From positions 128,001 through 192,000 of the forward strand of contig CAVQNT010000006.1 of assembly GCA_963714275.1 (NCBI GenBank): 64,000 nucleotides of DNA. Reading direction: 5' to 3'. The position numbers and the translations under genes were made by a program. Shown here one piece after another: positions 62,574 through 64,000 of this stretch. Each line of letters opens with the position of its first letter. Position 1 is the first letter of the stretch. Under the pieces are notes generated by a model, which was given only the letters and a program-made list of their open reading frames with translations, searched no databases and was not told the DNA's origin. Origin of the DNA: Candidatus Bathyarchaeota archaeon (GTDB lineage Archaea; Thermoproteota; Bathyarchaeia; Bathyarchaeales; DTEX01).

Positions 62574-63191
62574 ATGGTATGGGACAGTAGTTTAGGACAT
62601 AGAAGCGTAGTCAATGAGGTAACACGATTCTGTGGTTTCAATGAACTGGAAAACCTTTTAGTCTCAATTGAAAGTGATGTGAAACCATCATACATTAAGC
62701 CAACGAAACTGTTGGTATTGTGCTTATTCAAATCTGGCGGAAGAATCAATGAAGTATTGAGCCTAAATGCTAGGCAATTTGAAACAACAAATGATTTCCT
62801 ATTCATTCATAATATGCCTGTCCTTAAGAAGAGGTCAACAAGACAAATAGATGTCTTTCGTGATGTACCCATACTAATGACAGAGGAGTTAACGGATAAA
62901 TTACTAAGTCTTTTACCTAGTGATGGAAGGTTATTTGACTTTCAGTACAACAAAGCCTATAAACTGATTGCAAGTTTGGAAGTTCCACCAGATGAGACAC
63001 ATGGTGATGGTTTCCACATAGGTTTAGAGGCTGAGAGAGCAAGACAGTTGATAAGAGACCATGGATTTGATGCACTTCTATTAAAACAGTTCTTTAACAT
63101 GAGCCGAATCGACACACTCCTGACTTACGCCAACCCAACCTTTGAGGCTGTCAAAACAAAGATGTTAAGACAGACTAGTACAAAAATATAG
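62574..63191 (+). CDS. Second tyrosine recombinase, catalytic domain only
   Basis: SGGRINEVLSL, LKKR; WFPHRFR appears in the alternate frame ~63008-63028; LLTYA. Confidence 0.75.
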   Translation: MVWDSSLGHRSVVNEVTRFCGFNELENLLVSIESDVKPSYIKPTKLLVLCLFKSGGRINEVLSLNARQFETTNDFLFIHNMPVLKKRSTRQIDVFRDVPILMTEELTDKLLSLLPSDGRLFDFQYNKAYKLIASLEVPPDETHGDGFHIGLEAERARQLIRDHGFDALLLKQFFNMSRIDTLLTYANPTFEAVKTKMLRQTSTKI

Positions 63192-63507
63192 ATAGATATT
63201 CATTGTAACTTAATTTTCTTTTCTTCCCTAGTGTTATCAAGCCCTTTTGATAGACATGGTTTTTGAATGTCTTTCGCCACCTATTTCCCGTATCATAGAT
63301 TAACTTGGCAAACTCATCTCCCTCATATACATGGTCAGTTGTACTATCTTGATGAAAGAAGACGGCTCTAACACAATAATAACAGAGACCAGAAAAGAAT
63401 TCTTCCCAACCCATATCAAGGCTTAGTGCCATCATTTTAAGCCTTAAATATTTTGACAATGGTAGTCTCATGCTAATCTGTTTGAACCTTTTTACCTCTT
63501 CAATCAT
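63175..63507 (-). CDS. RHH/CopG-like DNA-binding protein
   Basis: KQISMRLPLSKYLRLKMMA...WEEFF. Confidence 0.55.
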   Translation of the reverse strand: MIEEVKRFKQISMRLPLSKYLRLKMMALSLDMGWEEFFSGLCYYCVRAVFFHQDSTTDHVYEGDEFAKLIYDTGNRWRKTFKNHVYQKGLITLGKKRKLSYNEYLSIFLY

Positions 63508-63579
63508 ATTATGCCACCTAACAAGGTCAACATGTTAAATGACATATCATGCTTAAATAGATTGGATAAAAACACTAAG

Positions 63580-63792
63580 TCACTCTTTCACAATCTCGAA
63601 AAAACCTGCTTTTAAGAATAATTCAAAGATTTTACTAATGACTTCATCGTCAGAAATAGTTCGTGGCTCCTCACTATGCGTCCATGCATATTCTTCTGGT
63701 GTTAATTTTTGGCGTAATACTTCATCTCGTTCTTCTTCAGTCATAAGAATGTATAATCGTGTCTTTCGGTATACAGTTTCTTTCTTTGGCAT
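63580..63792 (-). CDS. Small hypothetical protein (possibly RHH-like)
   Basis: Likely start MPKKETV; TRLYILMTEEE...DDEVISKIF. Confidence 0.5.
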   Translation of the reverse strand: MPKKETVYRKTRLYILMTEEERDEVLRQKLTPEEYAWTHSEEPRTISDDEVISKIFELFLKAGFFEIVKE

Positions 63793-64000
63793 GTTGATTA
63801 CCTCTAATTCATCGCTTGCGCTAACTAACCAGCTAACAATGTCTAGATGCATAAAACAATGCAGGAAACTAAGTTAAGAAACTAAGTTATGAATTTTAAT
63901 AGTTCTTGAAAAAGAGACCATGTGGCGTCACAATGCTAATGATTCATTAATAAGATAGGTAAACCATAAAATGTAAAAATAAAGTACCAATCTATTTCTT

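Larger units (their letters stand above)
61290..64000. mobile_element. Left end of an integrated element (provirus or plasmid-like)
   Basis: Abrupt AT-richer composition; two tyrosine recombinases and small RHH-like genes. Confidence 0.7.

Noticed and set aside
1-64000. CRISPR array, rRNA, intact transposase, Sec/Pyl recoding
   Set aside because: None seen by eye: no regular repeat-spacer pattern, and gene breaks are indels rather than in-frame UGA/UAG at conserved sites.

Overview
Archaeal chromosome segment, inferred to be TACK and most likely Bathyarchaeia (eukaryote-like topoisomerase IB, Cdv/ESCRT operon plus FtsZ, eL38, eS1, TiaS, archaeal CCA enzyme, BHB-intron tRNA). Single-base frameshifts occur throughout, even in essential genes (serS, purB, HMG-CoA reductase), so most are probably uncorrected long-read indels. 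Housekeeping blocks alternate with four accessory regions: (i) a decayed tRNA-Gln-anchored islet (917-3104); (ii) a sugar-catabolism region, largely bracketed by a dispersed ~175-bp repeat and followed by an unusual glycyl radical enzyme; (iii) a ~3.3-kb TIR/HEPN-like defence islet bounded by 13-bp direct repeats; (iv) the left end of an integrated element with two tandem tyrosine recombinases. Best leads: a glycyl radical enzyme with an SGCHW Cys loop; an FtsZ with a MinD-like membrane-targeting tail and a hidden TM/Zn-ribbon partner gene; a motif shared by the cdv and ftsZ upstream regions; the TIR+HEPN islet; a hydrolase/ART-like fusion; and a double-intron tRNA-Arg. All family calls come from motif recognition by eye; no searches were run.
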